A stretch of DNA of 64,000 nt from Nitrososphaerales archaeon (GCA_965197925.1 CBDAOC010000020.1:736001-800000); one strand, 5' to 3'; shown: positions 22,710 to 34,676, counted from the stretch's first letter. Translations and numbers: made by a program. The notes: a model not told the origin generated them from the letters alone.

Positions 22710-22967
22710 ATGATACCCAAGGATGATGCAAACCAGATAATACAGATGCTTGCTCAAGGACTTGCAAATATTAAGGTTGAGGCTGATCAGAAGGATTACG
22801 TGTTGCTGGATCTAAGTAATGACATAAAGGCAGAGGAAGGCAGTGAAACCTATCACACCATAGGACCCCTGATAATAAGCAACGATGCTGAGAAGGCAAA
22901 TGCGCTTAGAAAGCAGATACGAGAAATCATCAATAAAGAACTTGGAATTGGGAGCAGTAGTACCTAA
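22710..22967 (+). CDS. Hypothetical protein
   Basis: 85-aa ATG ORF with normal composition. Confidence 0.6.
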   Translation: MIPKDDANQIIQMLAQGLANIKVEADQKDYVLLDLSNDIKAEEGSETYHTIGPLIISNDAEKANALRKQIREIINKELGIGSSST

Positions 22968-23192
22968 TTTCAGGCTTTAACTACGAATTTGCCTTCATTG
23001 AACCTGAGAATCTGATAAGATATTCTTTCTAAGGGAAATGAGATGCAAATACCAGAATCAGTTGTCCTGTGTTAGTTGAACTTGAGAGCCATGGAAAAGG
23101 TAATTCGCACTTCTGAAGACTAATATTTTAAATAACTATATGGTCCTAGGATAGACGAGCCAGTAATGGTGAAATAAATAAGGTAAATAATA

Positions 23193-23432
23193 ATGGGATC
23201 TAAATGCTCTGAATGTGGTCATGATATGGAAATGCATGATAACAAACTGGGATGCAAGGAAGAAGGATCATCCAGTATGTGCCCTTGCTTGTATGCAACT
23301 GAATACACATTCATTGATGATAACCATGGTGTAGCACTCTGGGAATGTAAACAGTGCAAAATAAGGGTCTTTGATTTTGATACAATGAAACATTCCAATT
23401 TTCATACCAAAGTTGGTTCTGATGACAAATAG
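23193..23432 (+). CDS. Small Cys/His-rich putative Zn-binding protein
   Basis: CSECGH...H...C...CPC...CKQC...H...H. Confidence 0.6.
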   Translation: MGSKCSECGHDMEMHDNKLGCKEEGSSSMCPCLYATEYTFIDDNHGVALWECKQCKIRVFDFDTMKHSNFHTKVGSDDK

Positions 23433-23700
23433 CCCATATCTTTGTAAAGTCAATTCTCACGTTTAAACAGCCATAAACCAGTGATACCATATCCCAGGCC
23501 CTAATATTAGCAAAATGAGGTAAACACTCTCCTCCCATTGACAATCCTGGGAATTTGACCTTGGTCACTTTTCTATTGAATAAGGGTCAGATCAGGTGTG
23601 AAAAGATCGTTCCTTTCCCGTTTCATAGGATTCCTTATATCAAAACCTTTGGTAATGGTAAGTAATGCACCTAAGAATATAGAGGTTTTGGACTCCTATT

Positions 23701-24870
23701 TTGGTAATAGCCTCATTTGTCGTAGGCATAGTGGTTAGCCCATACATAACCCCAATTGTCCAACCATTAAATTTAGAGTCTACAACTGATAATGGGGTAG
23801 AGAAATTCAATGAAATAGACCAAGAGTTAATGAAGCTCTCTAACGAGCTAAATGAGTTCAAGAATATCAACACAACCGTGAGTGTGTCAGAAGAGACTGT
23901 AGAGGAAATTTCAAACCTCCAAGAATGGGTAGAAAATATTGATTTGAGAATTGATAAGTTAAGCAGTTTATCTCAAGATATAAGTGAACTTAGGAATGAG
24001 ATTGCAAACCTGCAGGTCTCCCCTGAATCACAATCCCTGACAGCATCCCTAGATAGATCCCAGTATAGAGTAGGAGACTCTTTGATTGTGAATGGAGTTG
24101 GAATGCCAAACAGATCTGTGGGCATCTCCATATTGGATTCCAACACTGCCGTCAGTGAAGGATCAACTATGACCGACTCATCTGGGAAATTTGCATTCAC
24201 GATGCAACTGTCGAACCTGTCAGATGGAGATAATTATGTCATCAAAGTCATCCAGGAGGGTAAAGTGGTAGAAAAACCATTTACATTATCACCAAGATTG
24301 ATTCAGACTGGAGATTTTACTCTTGAAACAGATAATGTAGAATATGAGAAAAGTGAAAAAGTTCTGCTGAGTGGTATTACTGATCCGAATGTGTGGATTG
24401 ACTTGGACATATATGATAGCAACAATGTGCAGATTATAAGGACATCGACCATATCGGACGGCAGTGGAAGATATAGTCTAGAGTACACGATTTCTTCAAC
24501 CGCCGTTGTTGGTGATTACTTGGCTAATGCCTCGGTAAATGACAAGCAGGTCAGTGTCAAGTTCGCTGTTGTCTTGACTAGCACATCAACCTCATCCAGT
24601 TCATCCAGCAATCTAACGATTGAGACGGACAGGTCCATTTACAATAGAGGAGATTTCGTAATTGTAACGGGCAAGGGTAGCCCTAATGGCAAGGTGACTA
24701 TCCTTGTTGAACCTCAAACAGGGGATGATATACTGCTTGGAGTCAACACAGATGGTTCGGGAAACTACAGAACTATATTTGCTACAAAGCAGGACTCTTT
24801 TAGAGGTGACTGGGAAATTACTGTAAAACAGGGTTTGGATAGAACAACAATTAACATCACTCTTGTTTGA
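23701..24870 (+). CDS. Surface protein: TM anchor, coiled coil and three Ig-like repeats
   Basis: Repeated [LT]D[RN]..Y..GD...V.G.G.PN..V.I...D.SG.[FY] units. The upstream ATG (23665) is separated by an in-frame TAG. Confidence 0.75.
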   Translation: MVIASFVVGIVVSPYITPIVQPLNLESTTDNGVEKFNEIDQELMKLSNELNEFKNINTTVSVSEETVEEISNLQEWVENIDLRIDKLSSLSQDISELRNEIANLQVSPESQSLTASLDRSQYRVGDSLIVNGVGMPNRSVGISILDSNTAVSEGSTMTDSSGKFAFTMQLSNLSDGDNYVIKVIQEGKVVEKPFTLSPRLIQTGDFTLETDNVEYEKSEKVLLSGITDPNVWIDLDIYDSNNVQIIRTSTISDGSGRYSLEYTISSTAVVGDYLANASVNDKQVSVKFAVVLTSTSTSSSSSSNLTIETDRSIYNRGDFVIVTGKGSPNGKVTILVEPQTGDDILLGVNTDGSGNYRTIFATKQDSFRGDWEITVKQGLDRTTINITLV

Positions 24871-25118
24871 TTGGTACCAGGAAAAAGTAATATCATTATA
24901 AAGTGCTACTAATACCATAATCTAGTTAATTGAGGCATGGGCATTATTCCATATAACAAAAATAACTTGATGCCTCTGATTGATTAACTTCCCAACATGT
25001 GCTTCAATGCCCTTAATGGTCTTCCTGTCAAGTAGTTGTAGTATACCATCAGCTGGTATAGCAATATAGAAATCAGAACGATGCTCCTAGCTTTATCAAA
25101 TCCTCTAACAGGTAGTGG

Positions 25119-25236
25119 GTCTATATCAAATACATCCTTTATCTGCTCTATCAATGGTTCAACGCTTATGCTCCTCCGTCTATATCAAATACATCCTTTA
25201 TCTGCTCTATCAATGGTTCAACGCTTATGCTCCTCC
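25119..25236. repeat. Perfect 59-bp tandem duplication within the IS-A transposase
   Basis: GTCTATATCAAATACATCC...TTATGCTCCTCC present twice. Confidence 0.9.
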
Positions 25237-25406
25237 GAGAATATACATGCTGCCCAAATTCCGATTGATAGAACTGCAGCAATGCCAGTCTATTATTATC
25301 TGTAGTATGCTTGTACCTTTCCAATGGGAATACTGGATACCCTCTATACCTGCTGAAATCACATAACTTGTGATCATCATATCCTTCATCTCCTACAACA
25401 TACATT

Positions 25407-26285
25407 CAACTGATCCCAAAACTGATCATTTAGTGAATAATTGACGATCATTTGGATCTATTTGCAATGCTGCCCGTAGCAGATCATGAAATTTCAGGAG
25501 ATAACAGGTGAACAATGGAAGATGATATCACCGCATCTCCCCAAGCCAGCCAGAACCGGAAGGCCAAGGGCAGACGACAGAAAGACAGTCAACGGAATCC
25601 TGTTTGTCGGGATAACAGGATGCAGGTGGACTGGGATGTCACAAAGGTACGGCTCCAAATCAACTGCGCACCGCAGACTGCAGAACTGGCAGCGACGTGG
25701 AATATGGAAGAATATCCTCTCCGCTGCAGTCAAATCAGCCCACAGATCAGGCAAGATGCAGCTGCAAAAAACGGTCGATTCGTCATCAGTTCCGGCCAAA
25801 AAAGGGGAAGCGTCATAGGATACAACGGATTCAACAGGATTTCAGGCACAAAAATACACGTTGCGGTGGAACAAAACGGACTGCCAGTCTCAGTAGTGAT
25901 GGGTCCTGCAAATCAGCATGACTCCCAGATTTGTAGACGTGATGGATGGCATCTCACAATATCTGGATGAGAGATCTATCAGAAAAATTGCGCGGTGCCA
26001 AGCAGACAAGGGCTATGATGCAGAATTCATCAGGAAATACCTCACCAAAAGAAAAATCTCTGACTGCATGCCTTACAGAAAAAACAGTAAGACACAACAA
26101 CAAAATGATAATACAGAACAAATACCTATACGGCAAGACGCGCTATGTTGTGGAGAGATTCTTTGCCTGGTTGAAGAATGGGTTCCACAGAACCAGGATC
26201 AGATATGAGAAGAATGCACAAAACTATCTGGCATTTGTTATCATTTCGTCGATTATGATGTATTGGAGAGTATTGGGATGACTTC
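25407..26285 (+). mobile_element. IS family B (IS5-family), second diverged copy nested in IS-A
   Basis: Ends CAACTGATCCCAAAAC/GTATTGGGATGACTTC flanked by ATT; MKFQEITGEQW...TGRPRADDR; AAAAAAGGGG frameshift site near 25800; ADKGYD; RYVVERFFAWLKNGF. Confidence 0.9.
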
Positions 26286-27119
26286 ATTACCATTCCTGTA
26301 GGCAATGAAGATGTTATGCTTTCATACATCTTGTTATCAGTAATGCTAGCTGTTGTGAAATCAGCTGATAATGGAACTATCAACGAACCTGTGCTACATG
26401 CTAGATGCATCTTGTATCCGAATACCCATCCCTTGGTTCTGCTGAATCCCCATCGAGCATCTGTATCTATACCGGAGCGTGGTACTTCGTTCTTCTTCAT
26501 GCTAGATTTGTGCCATACATGTCCCTTTGCTTTCAACAATGAACTGTCAACGGATACTATGGCTGGGTCTACCAACCCATCTTTTATGAAGAGCATACCC
26601 ATAGCACCTATCCTTGATCTTATGTCAATTGATATGGTCTTGACCTTCTGTCGAATGTTCTTCTGTCTGGCAACCTATCAAGACCACATGCCTTCATTAC
26701 CTTCCTGTTGTATGGCATGTCTATCGAAAAATATTGATGTAACACATTGTTGCTTGGTATTCTTATCCATACTCTAACGATGAAGCATCTACCATAACTG
26801 TAGGAGAATAGTAGAATGGTCTACCCTTTTCCTATTAGGTTTTGACCAAGGAATCACGTCAATCAAAAATAATATACGAAGGAGTATCGAGTCTGAGCTA
26901 AACACATTACCAATATGAACTAGAACCTGATCTTATCGTTTCGAACTAAATTACGCCAAAGCCTCAATTAGCTATCTACTCATCAAGATAATAAAAGTAG
27001 GGGTAAGTAAGAAGGTAAAGCCGGGTCGAGGTAAAGATGAGTCAATTATGCGACACCTCATTGGTATGAAGAAGTATCTACCATACTGTCAAACCATAAA
27101 TTTATCGCAGAACACGAGC

Positions 27120-27222
27120 TATGCATGACATCAATATTTTTCGTTAGATATGGTATACAACAGGAGAGTTATGAAATCATTTGGATAGGTGCCAAATATA
27201 AGAACTTTCAACAGAAGGTTCG
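27120..27222 (+). mobile_element. Ancient degenerate fragment of an IS-A-like transposase
   Basis: TATTTTTCGTTAGATATGGTATACAACAGGAGAGTTATGAA...AGAACTTTCAACAGAAGGTTC aligns by eye with 45283-45376. Confidence 0.55.
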
Positions 27223-27531
27223 CGGGAAGAACCTCCAGTAACCACTGATGACAAGCTGAATGATGAACCCGACAACCAGTAGTAATCAATGCTCGACGGA
27301 CCCGCCATTATTTGGTAACTATGCCTGCCTTTTCACGAAGATCTTGCTATTTGTTTGGGTTTCGGATATTGTCAACCTTTCGCGATAAGTTGTTCTACAT
27401 CGTCTCTTGTAATGACCAATTACTTACTTTACTTTCAAATCAAGTTACTTTTGGATATAGCTGGGATTACTTGTGGAAATGAAAATGAGGTCTGTTAATA
27501 CTAAGGGTGATAGTTTTACTGTCCAATCTCT

Positions 27532-28149
27532 CTAGGTTTTTCGAGAGAATACGAGATAAAGACTAGCTGGATCCTCCACGTCTTCCATTATCTCGTTAAT
27601 GTTGAAACCCCGCATTAAACCCATTATGTCTTGTTTACTGAAAAATCTGATCTCAAAACCATTTACATCATAAACTCCATCAAAAACGTGTCTACCCTTA
27701 CCATAAAACTTGTCCTTATCACTTCTAACAGAAAAGAAATGCAACCCTCCAAATTTGAGAACTCTCTTCACCTTATTAAACAAAAATGCCAACTCTTCAT
27801 ATGTGAAGTTCATGCTGAAAAACATATGGGAATAAACAGCCTCAAATTCTTGGTCTTGATAAGGAAGCCCGGTTTTGGCGTTATGCACCACTGCACTTAT
27901 GGGAAGCGTGTGTGCTTTAGCCTGTTTAACAACGGCATTTACTGCAACTTCAGAGTAGTCGAATGTCTCAACATCAATTCCATTGGTGGCAAATAAAATA
28001 CTATCTCTTCCTTGGCCACAGCCAAGTTCCAAAAGTCGCATAAGATCATATCTTTTCATACACTGGTAGCATAATAATGCAAAGCGGCTTGGCTCTTCGC
28101 CAAAAAAGGAAGAATCCTTGTCATATAGTTTATTCCAGACTTCCTTCAT
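27532..28149 (-). CDS. Class I SAM-dependent methyltransferase (TehB-like)
   Basis: LLELGCGQGRD, FDYS, RVLKFGG. Confidence 0.88.
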   Translation of the reverse strand: MKEVWNKLYDKDSSFFGEEPSRFALLCYQCMKRYDLMRLLELGCGQGRDSILFATNGIDVETFDYSEVAVNAVVKQAKAHTLPISAVVHNAKTGLPYQDQEFEAVYSHMFFSMNFTYEELAFLFNKVKRVLKFGGLHFFSVRSDKDKFYGKGRHVFDGVYDVNGFEIRFFSKQDIMGLMRGFNINEIMEDVEDPASLYLVFSRKT

Positions 28150-28311
28150 TTAAGATGCATGAACAACTACTTAATTTCTAGATTTTGTTCTACTAGGAGA
28201 TTTTAACATCTTTTCCATACCCAAGCACCGCAATCCTATTCAATTTAATTGGTGCCATGGTTACTGGATTATAACATCCAGAATCTACTTCCTTTTATAT
28301 AATGTGATAAT

Positions 28312-29292
28312 TTGAGTAAAACTGTGAGCAAATTTACAAAGGTTGAACCATCTTATTTTTCTAAAGACGGATGTAGACTTGTATGGACCGGAGTAGATGA
28401 GGATGATACAGCCACTGTTATCTTGAACGAAGAGGAACTAGATCAGTTAATTGAGATTCTAAAAAACAACATTGTTGGAAAGGTCGAGCTTGAAGACAAT
28501 TTCAGTGAAATTTTAATTAATTCTGATGTTGTACAGTTTCGATTAAAAGAAAGGGACCAACTTGAAGCAAAGACTAGTGAATTTAGAAAAAAGGTATTGG
28601 AATATGCCAAAGTTCCCACCGAACCACTATATGTACAGGTTTTCCCAAAGGAATTTTATCCATCAGTATGGATTCAAAAAGATGACACTGTTGAAACGAC
28701 TAAATTTGGAAAACCCAAAAAGTCTCTTTTAAATGCTATATTATCTGGTAATCCAAAAAGAGTAGAACAAGAAACCTCTGAAACGGATTTGTTTCGGGTC
28801 ATAGCTACAAGACGCTCAACAAGAAGGTTTGCTAAAACTAAGGTAGAAGACTGGAAGGTTGAGAAGATTCTAGCTGCTGCAGATACTGCCCCTACCGCTG
28901 GAAACTTTCAAGGATTAGAGGTATTTTATATAAAAAATAAAAAAGCAAAACAGGCACTTGTAGAGGCTGCAAACAAACAGCCCTATGTTGATGCTCCTCT
29001 TGTTCTAGTTTTTTGTATGAATCCCAGTAGGGTAAAGATGGATTTCCCACCAGAGATGCTTGCAAAGTTCTCAATACAGGATGCTACCTTGGCTGCAGCA
29101 TACTCACAACTAGCGGCACATGCTGTAGGGTTGAGCTCAATCTGGGTAGGTATGATTGATGAAGAAAAGGTAAAGAAGATACTTGAAACTGATTTGAAAC
29201 CCTCCTCTATTCTTTGTGTGGGTTATCCTGCAACAAGAAAACCTCCAAAATCTAGAAGAAAGTTAAAGGATCTAATTCATGTATTGGAATAA
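28312..29292 (+). CDS. Nitroreductase family protein with N-terminal extension
   Basis: TRRSTRRF, APTAGNFQ, AHAVGLSSIWVG, LCVGYP. Confidence 0.88.
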   Translation: MSKTVSKFTKVEPSYFSKDGCRLVWTGVDEDDTATVILNEEELDQLIEILKNNIVGKVELEDNFSEILINSDVVQFRLKERDQLEAKTSEFRKKVLEYAKVPTEPLYVQVFPKEFYPSVWIQKDDTVETTKFGKPKKSLLNAILSGNPKRVEQETSETDLFRVIATRRSTRRFAKTKVEDWKVEKILAAADTAPTAGNFQGLEVFYIKNKKAKQALVEAANKQPYVDAPLVLVFCMNPSRVKMDFPPEMLAKFSIQDATLAAAYSQLAAHAVGLSSIWVGMIDEEKVKKILETDLKPSSILCVGYPATRKPPKSRRKLKDLIHVLE

Positions 29293-29633
29293 AAGTAATT
29301 ATTTCAATAAATAAAATTGCTATACAGACATGGATGTTCTATATGATGGACATCTGAAAACTTTTTAGAACAAAAATATTATACTCTCATTACAACCTAA
29401 AGATGTTGAAGTCTGACGTGAACTAATCGTTAGAAACTAATTGAGTTAATTTCTAACAACCAGAAACAAACTCGCCTAATAGACAAATATCCTTGACATC
29501 CTGGGCTAACCCTCCCCACCTCCGTGAGTAGAAATCCCTGGCGTGACTAAATTGTGATGAAAGTAGAAATTGTTAACAGTTCGTATCAAATGTAAAAAAA
29601 GAGTTAATATTAGTCCGCAATAAAAAGTTCTTA

Positions 29634-29948
29634 GTGATTTATTCCGTTAAGGCTCGATACATTGAAAATAAGATGGGAGAATTTTATCAAAAACTAATCG
29701 ATGGTACAATTCAGAATCAAAAAATTGATGGTTATGAGATCGTTAATTCTATGAAACGTGCTAAAATCACTGAACCAAACATAATCCAATGGTCTGAGAT
29801 GTGTCTTTGTCCATCGCCCTTACAACATGAACGTGCGACCGTGTACAATCATTTTCTAACCGATATAGAGACTGAGGTTATAGATGATTATGTAGAGTAT
29901 TAAGGCGAGTCTTTTATGGATTTTTTAGCAAAACAAAATAATGAATAA
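29634..29948 (+). pseudogene. Conserved hypothetical protein, probably truncated by a premature TAA at 29901
   Basis: WSEMCLCPSPLQHER motif; the frame continues GESFMDFLAKQNNE after the stop. Confidence 0.5.
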
Positions 29949-30790
29949 TCCATCGAGAGCCGTACTGGTTATAAGATTAGTTACGGACTCTTGTTAACAG
30001 TTAGTATCAAATGTCAATCATAAATTCTCTTTTTAAAAATAATTTAGTGATAACGGTGTGACCTATTCATCTTATGATTAATTCCTGTTAGCGACTCGCT
30101 AAAATCTCTTTTGTTTGCATTTAGATCGACTTCCCTAGTCTTTTCTCTGAATATTCCTATGTCAGACAGATTTCTTGAAATAATACTTTGTCTCAGTCTG
30201 TTTGGATTTTTTGAATTTGTAATGATCCTTCTTTCCTTTGAGTTACAACATATTCACTTTCATTAAGACCTTAAGCATTATCCAACTAATCATAACGTGT
30301 GTATTAATCTAGATAAAGGACACAATTCCGTGCCTAGGAAGGGGATTTCTCTTTTTAGTCAATTCGTGTATGTGTTTTGACTAGATGGAAGAGCCAGAAT
30401 ATGTTTCTGCTACAAACCTATATGGTTCAAAATATGTAATTTTGTTTTGTTAAGTTTTTTACCCAAAAGATTGTATTCTGTCCAAAACTCTGTACCATGA
30501 ACATATTTTAAATCAGTAGATTTTATGATATTAACTTGTGGAGTTAACACTTCATAATTGCTAATGGTTATAATAAAGTCCCAAATTTTGTCAACGTTTT
30601 GATTTATTATATCTAAATTATGAATTTACAATGAATGAATGTGTAAGTACGGTGTTCAAAGATAATAAACCAAGAATGTTTGAGGACATTAAGGAAGATC
30701 ATCTAATAATGAGCTTCAAGTAACCGGTTTGTTACTTGATTACCCATGTGTTACTAGCTTACATAAATACAAGGCAATTATGAAGTATTA

Positions 30791-31624
30791 ATGGCAAATC
30801 AAAAAATTGCAGTTGTTACTGGAAGCTCAAGTGGAATAGGACTAGAAACTGCAATACTTCTAGCAAAAAATGGTTTTAAGACGTTTGCCACAATGCGAAA
30901 TACTAACAAATCTGACATAATAAAACAAAGATCACAGTCTGAAAATCTACTAATAGAAATACTTCAACCTGATGTAACTGATGATGCATCTGTAAAAAAC
31001 GCAATTAACACTATAGTAGAAAAAGAAGGACGGATTGATGTTCTAGTAAATAATGCAGGATATGGAATAATGGGTGCTGTTGAAGACCTATCTTCTGAAG
31101 AAGTTAAAAATCAATTTGACACTAATGTCTTTGGTCCTTTTCGTACTGCCCGGGAAGTTTTACCTACTATGAGAAAACAAAAAAGTGGAAGAATAATTAC
31201 AATTAGTTCTATCACTGGATTTATGGGAATGGCAGTGATGTCTGCATACGCAGCTTCTAAATTTGCAGTTGAAGGATTCACCGAATCTTTACGACATGAA
31301 GTTTCTCAATTTGGGATTCACGCATGTGTTATAGAACCTGGAGCTATCAAGACCAATATACAGTTGCAGGCCGCAAAAGAATCCATGGAAAATTCTGCAT
31401 ATTCTGACATGACCCAAGCATTGGGAAAAGCAATGGTGAATATGATGGAAAATCGATCCTCTCTTCCTAGTGTCGTTGCTGAAGCGGTACTAAAAGCGGC
31501 AACAGCGGAGAATCCTGAGACTCGATACACAGCCGGTGAAGACGCTAAAATGGTACAACAAGCAAGAAAAACAAAATCGGATAAAGATTTTGAAGAATTT
31601 ATTCGAACTAGCTTTATGTCTTAA
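30791..31624 (+). CDS. Short-chain dehydrogenase/reductase
   Basis: VTGSSSGIG, VNNAG, YAASK, IEPG. Confidence 0.93.
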   Translation: MANQKIAVVTGSSSGIGLETAILLAKNGFKTFATMRNTNKSDIIKQRSQSENLLIEILQPDVTDDASVKNAINTIVEKEGRIDVLVNNAGYGIMGAVEDLSSEEVKNQFDTNVFGPFRTAREVLPTMRKQKSGRIITISSITGFMGMAVMSAYAASKFAVEGFTESLRHEVSQFGIHACVIEPGAIKTNIQLQAAKESMENSAYSDMTQALGKAMVNMMENRSSLPSVVAEAVLKAATAENPETRYTAGEDAKMVQQARKTKSDKDFEEFIRTSFMS

Positions 31625-32057
31625 TTAATTTGAATGGAGTTTTTCCAAACCTTCAGCAATCATCTTATACACAGGCTGAAAATTATTTCGTAAATCGTCT
31701 TCACTAATTCCTTTTGGTTCTGCAGTGGAGGAAAAATCTAGTTCTGTTGCCGTCTAAAGCTTTGACCTTTACAGTAAATATCCCATTTGATACTGGCATT
31801 GGTCCTTCTAACAAAGTTATGCTGATGGTTTTCTGGGATTCATCTAGAGATTCTAATCTCTCGGATAATTTACCTGTGCTTCCATCTAGCTGTGAAATTG
31901 TACAGATACGAGTTGCTCCAACGCCACTTCCTTGAACTTCAGTTTTTTGTACTAATGGAAGATATTTCTCTACGTTATCAAAACTTTTCAGTGTATCCCA
32001 AACTTTTTCTGCTTGTGCATTAATTGTGTACTTTCCTACGATAATCATCAATGGCAC
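31625..32057 (-). pseudogene. SRPBCC/polyketide cyclase family protein with 3' frameshift
   Basis: INAQAEKVW...GSGVGATR...ERL; C-terminal helix (DDLRNNFQPVYKMIAEGLEKLHSN) lies in another frame after ~31740. Confidence 0.7.
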
Positions 32058-32179
32058 TATTTTACTTTCGTATATTAATATGTTCTATCTCGAGTAAGAT
32101 TCTTCTGTATTCAAAGTTCGATGTACTGGGTAATCTATCCAAGATTATACAAAATTAAAGTAAAGCAGTCGTAACGGTA

Positions 32180-33304
32180 TTAGCGGGAATTTCTAGGTGT
32201 AAACGAACCTTCTGCATAGTTGTTCCTATCAGAACTGTAAACCGTCCATTCGATAATGGGCTTTGATCCATCCACCTTGAGTAGAAAATATGTTTTGCTA
32301 CCAGAGTCAATAGGGTTGGTCGGACCTGAGAATATACCTTCGTTATCTCCAAATGATTCTCTAGTCCAATCTTTGGGCCCTTCGAATGCCTTTAGAATAG
32401 CATCTGGAAGCAAAATCTTGAATTCATGAATAGATATCGTGCTATCATCCGAATTCCTTAAGCGTACGATGATCACCTCCCTGATCTGTTTTGCTTTAAC
32501 TATTACCTCTAATTTCTCTTCAGGAGTATGAAGTTCAGCTTTCGAGATTTCGCCTTCCTCACTCCCTTCCAAACACAAGCTTCCCCAACTAAAAGGGGGC
32601 GGTATCACATCCCGTAGCTTTGTAATATACTGAGTACCACCTGCATTAGCAGGCCATTCTAAAAAGCTGTTTGAATAACCATCATTAACGTAAACATACA
32701 TTTTCATTGCATCATTAAGACTATATGCTGCTTTTGGTATTCTAAGTTCGTAACTTACATGCTTGTTAACGCTGTCATAAGGATTGTTCAATTGCGAATA
32801 TGCCATCCTTCCCTCAAAAAACTCCATAGTTTCATAAGGGTCGTGTCCTTTCGCTTCTTGCAGAATAATCCATTCCCGACCATTTCCTCGCATGATACCA
32901 TCTAAATGTGCACTTGGGTTTGTAAATCTATAGAAGCAGTAATCATTTGTGTCTGGTGCATTAATGCTATCATTTTTGGTATCAAAGCAAACCGCCCCGA
33001 GATCCCTGCTTCTCTCAAGCCCGTAATCTGAAATAAAATCTATCAAAACGTATACGAACAAGTTATCATGCTTGATCCTGAAGTATGCCGTCATCCCCTC
33101 ATTCTCAATCTTGGTCTCACTCGAATCGAGCCATTCGGTCTTAATAGTCCACCTGCCATCTAGTGTCATTGCCTTTCCCTGTGGTACAAGAATAGATTGA
33201 TCGTCCTTGATAGACGATACATCTAAAGTTTCAGTTAGTGGTGCCAATAACACAATTGAAAGAGATGATGCTGTCTTAGCAAAATTAGAGAAAAACAATG
33301 TCAT
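32180..33304 (-). CDS. Secreted protein with DOMON-like N-terminal domain and a shared ~105-aa C-terminal domain
   Basis: TLDG.W....EW.D...FRIKHD..FVYVLIDF; C-terminus homologous to 40440-40774. Confidence 0.7.
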   Translation of the reverse strand: MTLFFSNFAKTASSLSIVLLAPLTETLDVSSIKDDQSILVPQGKAMTLDGRWTIKTEWLDSSETKIENEGMTAYFRIKHDNLFVYVLIDFISDYGLERSRDLGAVCFDTKNDSINAPDTNDYCFYRFTNPSAHLDGIMRGNGREWIILQEAKGHDPYETMEFFEGRMAYSQLNNPYDSVNKHVSYELRIPKAAYSLNDAMKMYVYVNDGYSNSFLEWPANAGGTQYITKLRDVIPPPFSWGSLCLEGSEEGEISKAELHTPEEKLEVIVKAKQIREVIIVRLRNSDDSTISIHEFKILLPDAILKAFEGPKDWTRESFGDNEGIFSGPTNPIDSGSKTYFLLKVDGSKPIIEWTVYSSDRNNYAEGSFTPRNSR

Positions 33305-33752
33305 TATGTTACTTACCTTTGTTATTTATTTCTGTTCGATTTTATAATAGAAAACAGAATTTTATCCAATCGTTATTATACTCTTATTTCCAAAGACCTA
33401 ATCTTAGATATGACGCTCATAATGTAGAATGTTGTTGCTATGCTATACCCTCAAGTTTTTCATTAATATTGATCCAGAGGTTTCTGGTTGATTCCATTAC
33501 TACTCTATCATCCATGGACACCTTTGCGAGCATATATTCTCTAACGCATCTATATTGACACGACATCAAGTTATCTTGTAGTACCATAGAGTCTAACAAT
33601 CATTTATTCACCGGCTTAAAGTGTTGGAAAGGTGATATCTAGCTATTTATATTAAAATTTATTTTGAAGATAGATTGTACCACAATTGATATGACTAGAA
33701 CAATTAATGAGTTCATGATAATATCTTTGGTAATTGAGTTTTATGTTGTGGG

Positions 33753-34676
33753 TTAATAAACATGTTTAGGAACTCTTGCTAAGCGTGTTACTCCTATGCC
33801 CATGGCAACAATCATGCCCATTACGGCCATAACTGCTACCGGAAATTCTGGTACAACTTCTATACTGAAATTATCCTCTATAGGTGAGGGGAGAGGCTCA
33901 AACTCAATTCCTACAACTTGGGCCGTGATAGTATAGCTTCTATTCTCGCCAAAAATAGGCCCGCTTATCCTGTAAGCACCTGTACTAGATTCTGACGAAT
34001 CTCCCTCTCCACCAGTTACCTCAACAGAACTAGAAGTCATAATTTGAAGCTCCAAGTTCCCGTCATGGTCATGGAACTTTTCACTCAGGATCTCCGTATC
34101 ACCGTTGATGATTGTGACTTTGTAGTCTAGATGATCTATCAGTCCTCGACTAATTGAATCTCCTTTAAACTCCTCTGCCCTTGCATTTAATGAGAGTATT
34201 ACCACATCGTTTGCCGTGCGATCGAACGGCAGAGCAGGATCAATGTTAAGATCAAAGTTTTTACCTCTTAAAATGGTACCTTCTTTAACCAACACATTGC
34301 CAATCATCCAAGGATGTAATTGACAGAGGTATGGATATTCACCAGCTGTATCAAATGTGTATTCAAATATTGAACCTGGTTGCATTAATCCAGAGTCGAA
34401 AAATTCACTCCAAGTACCTGGATCGTTAACATCCCCACTTGTTACTGTATGTGTCACAGTATCAGAATTAGTCCAAATTACAGTATCACCTACGTTAATC
34501 ATTATTTTCTCTGGGATGTAGAAACAACGATTACCTTGATTTGCTCCTCCTGCACATTGGTCTACAGTAAATGATTCTGCAAAGGCATCGTCCATGTTGA
34601 TAACTGCAGCAATTGGTATAATCAATAGTGCTAGCATCGCTTTTTTTGAAACAGCCTTCCTTGGAATTCTATTCAA
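33753..34676 (-). CDS. Secreted cupredoxin with PEF(G)-CTERM-type sorting tail
   Basis: Signal ...AFA; HTVTSG...YLCQLHPWMIG; VPEFP + TM + basic tail. Start moved to TTG 34676 (ATG 34637 is also possible). Confidence 0.85.
   Translation of the reverse strand: MNRIPRKAVSKKAMLALLIIPIAAVINMDDAFAESFTVDQCAGGANQGNRCFYIPEKIMINVGDTVIWTNSDTVTHTVTSGDVNDPGTWSEFFDSGLMQPGSIFEYTFDTAGEYPYLCQLHPWMIGNVLVKEGTILRGKNFDLNIDPALPFDRTANDVVILSLNARAEEFKGDSISRGLIDHLDYKVTIINGDTEILSEKFHDHDGNLELQIMTSSSVEVTGGEGDSSESSTGAYRISGPIFGENRSYTITAQVVGIEFEPLPSPIEDNFSIEVVPEFPVAVMAVMGMIVAMGIGVTRLARVPKHVY

Larger units (their letters stand above)
24932..26965 (-). mobile_element. IS family A, full-length copy interrupted by IS family B and carrying an internal 59-bp duplication
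   Basis: Ends GAGGCATGGGCATTAT ... ATTACGCCAAAGCCTC, with AATT on both flanks; SVDSSLLKAKG...DTDARWGFSRTKGWVFGYKMH. Confidence 0.9.
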
